DNA of 63,145 nucleotides, filler included, from Octopus bimaculoides (taxonomy: Eukaryota): the NCBI RefSeq assembly GCF_001194135.2. It is 4 parts of 4 records of this genome, joined end to end, with 100 filler letters (N's around TTAATTAATTAA, not from the genome) between each part and the next. Parts side by side here need not be neighbours in the genome. Positions count along the whole stretch, not along the records: positions 57,116 to 63,145 come from NC_068983.1; 3 more parts are not named here. The stretch is one strand, 5' to 3'. The translations under genes were made by a program, and so were the position numbers. Under the pieces are notes generated by a model. The model had not been told where the DNA came from and searched no databases. It saw only the letters and a program-made list of their open reading frames with translations. Shown piece by piece: positions 62,591 through 63,145 of this stretch; within the stretch, counting starts at the first letter, position 1; each line of letters begins with the position of its first letter.

Positions 62591-63145
62591 CAACAACAAC
62601 AACAACAACAACAACAGCAACAACTCCAGCAAATCTGAAAGCAACCGATAGATCAAAGGGACGCTTTTACGTAAGACAATTGCTGCGTCTTATCTCCCAT
62701 TCTCTGACATTCTTTCTTTTAGTAGGACAAATGAAGAGAGAAGCGAAAAATAAAGAATCCTCCTGTTTCGGGGTCGTTTTTTTTTATTCTCTTTTTTTAT
62801 TTCGTTTCTCAGCCTCTTCTCATTTTGCCCATGTATCGATAATCTATCACTCTATTATTTTACACACACACATATGAAAGCATATAGGATGTCAAGTCCA
62901 ATTCGTGTGTATATTAGGCGTATTTAAACGTGTATATACATATGTCAATGGACATACACATGCGTATATAATAAAAGCTTGTTTGTGTATAGACAGATAG
63001 ATAGATAGATAGATAGATAGGTTTCTTTATTAGCCACACAGGGCTCAACACAGAGGGGACAAAATACAAATGTAGAGTTTTTCTTTTCGAGGGGGTCGAA
63101 AACAAAGCAGAAAAAAAACAAAAGTGGGGACAACGATGAAAAAAA

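Overview
AT-rich, microsatellite-dense animal genomic DNA. The repeat landscape (RTE-tailed SINEs, R4/Dong, Penelope-like and mariner remnants) suggests an octopod cephalopod; this is an inference. The window is not one contiguous molecule: three identical 100-bp spacers (44 N + TTAATTAATTAA + 44 N) split it into four pieces (1-30763, 30864-53773, 53874-57015, 57116-63145). Piece 1 carries four in-frame minus-strand exons of N-acetylglucosamine-6-sulfatase (GNS, including the CxPxR catalytic motif), in introns packed with retroelement fragments and fold-back elements. One GNS splice donor has itself been amplified into a 23-bp minisatellite. Piece 2 holds the main discovery: a tandem duplication of a multi-exon gene that the ORF track does not reveal. 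The complete copy (42009-51999, five coding exons, 247 aa) encodes a signal peptide, a PAN/apple-type Cys domain and a Cys-free, sequon-rich C-terminal domain I cannot name. The second copy (exons at 32565-36554) is cut off by the scaffold edge. Both keep intact frames and splice phases, yet their exons are more divergent (about 57-72% nt identity, hand-counted) than the flanking introns (about 75-93%), the pattern seen in rapidly diversifying toxin and recognition gene families. Several Penelope-type termini contain minimal hammerhead-like motifs. Piece 4 has a candidate orphan first coding exon. All identities and counts are by hand; no database searches were run.
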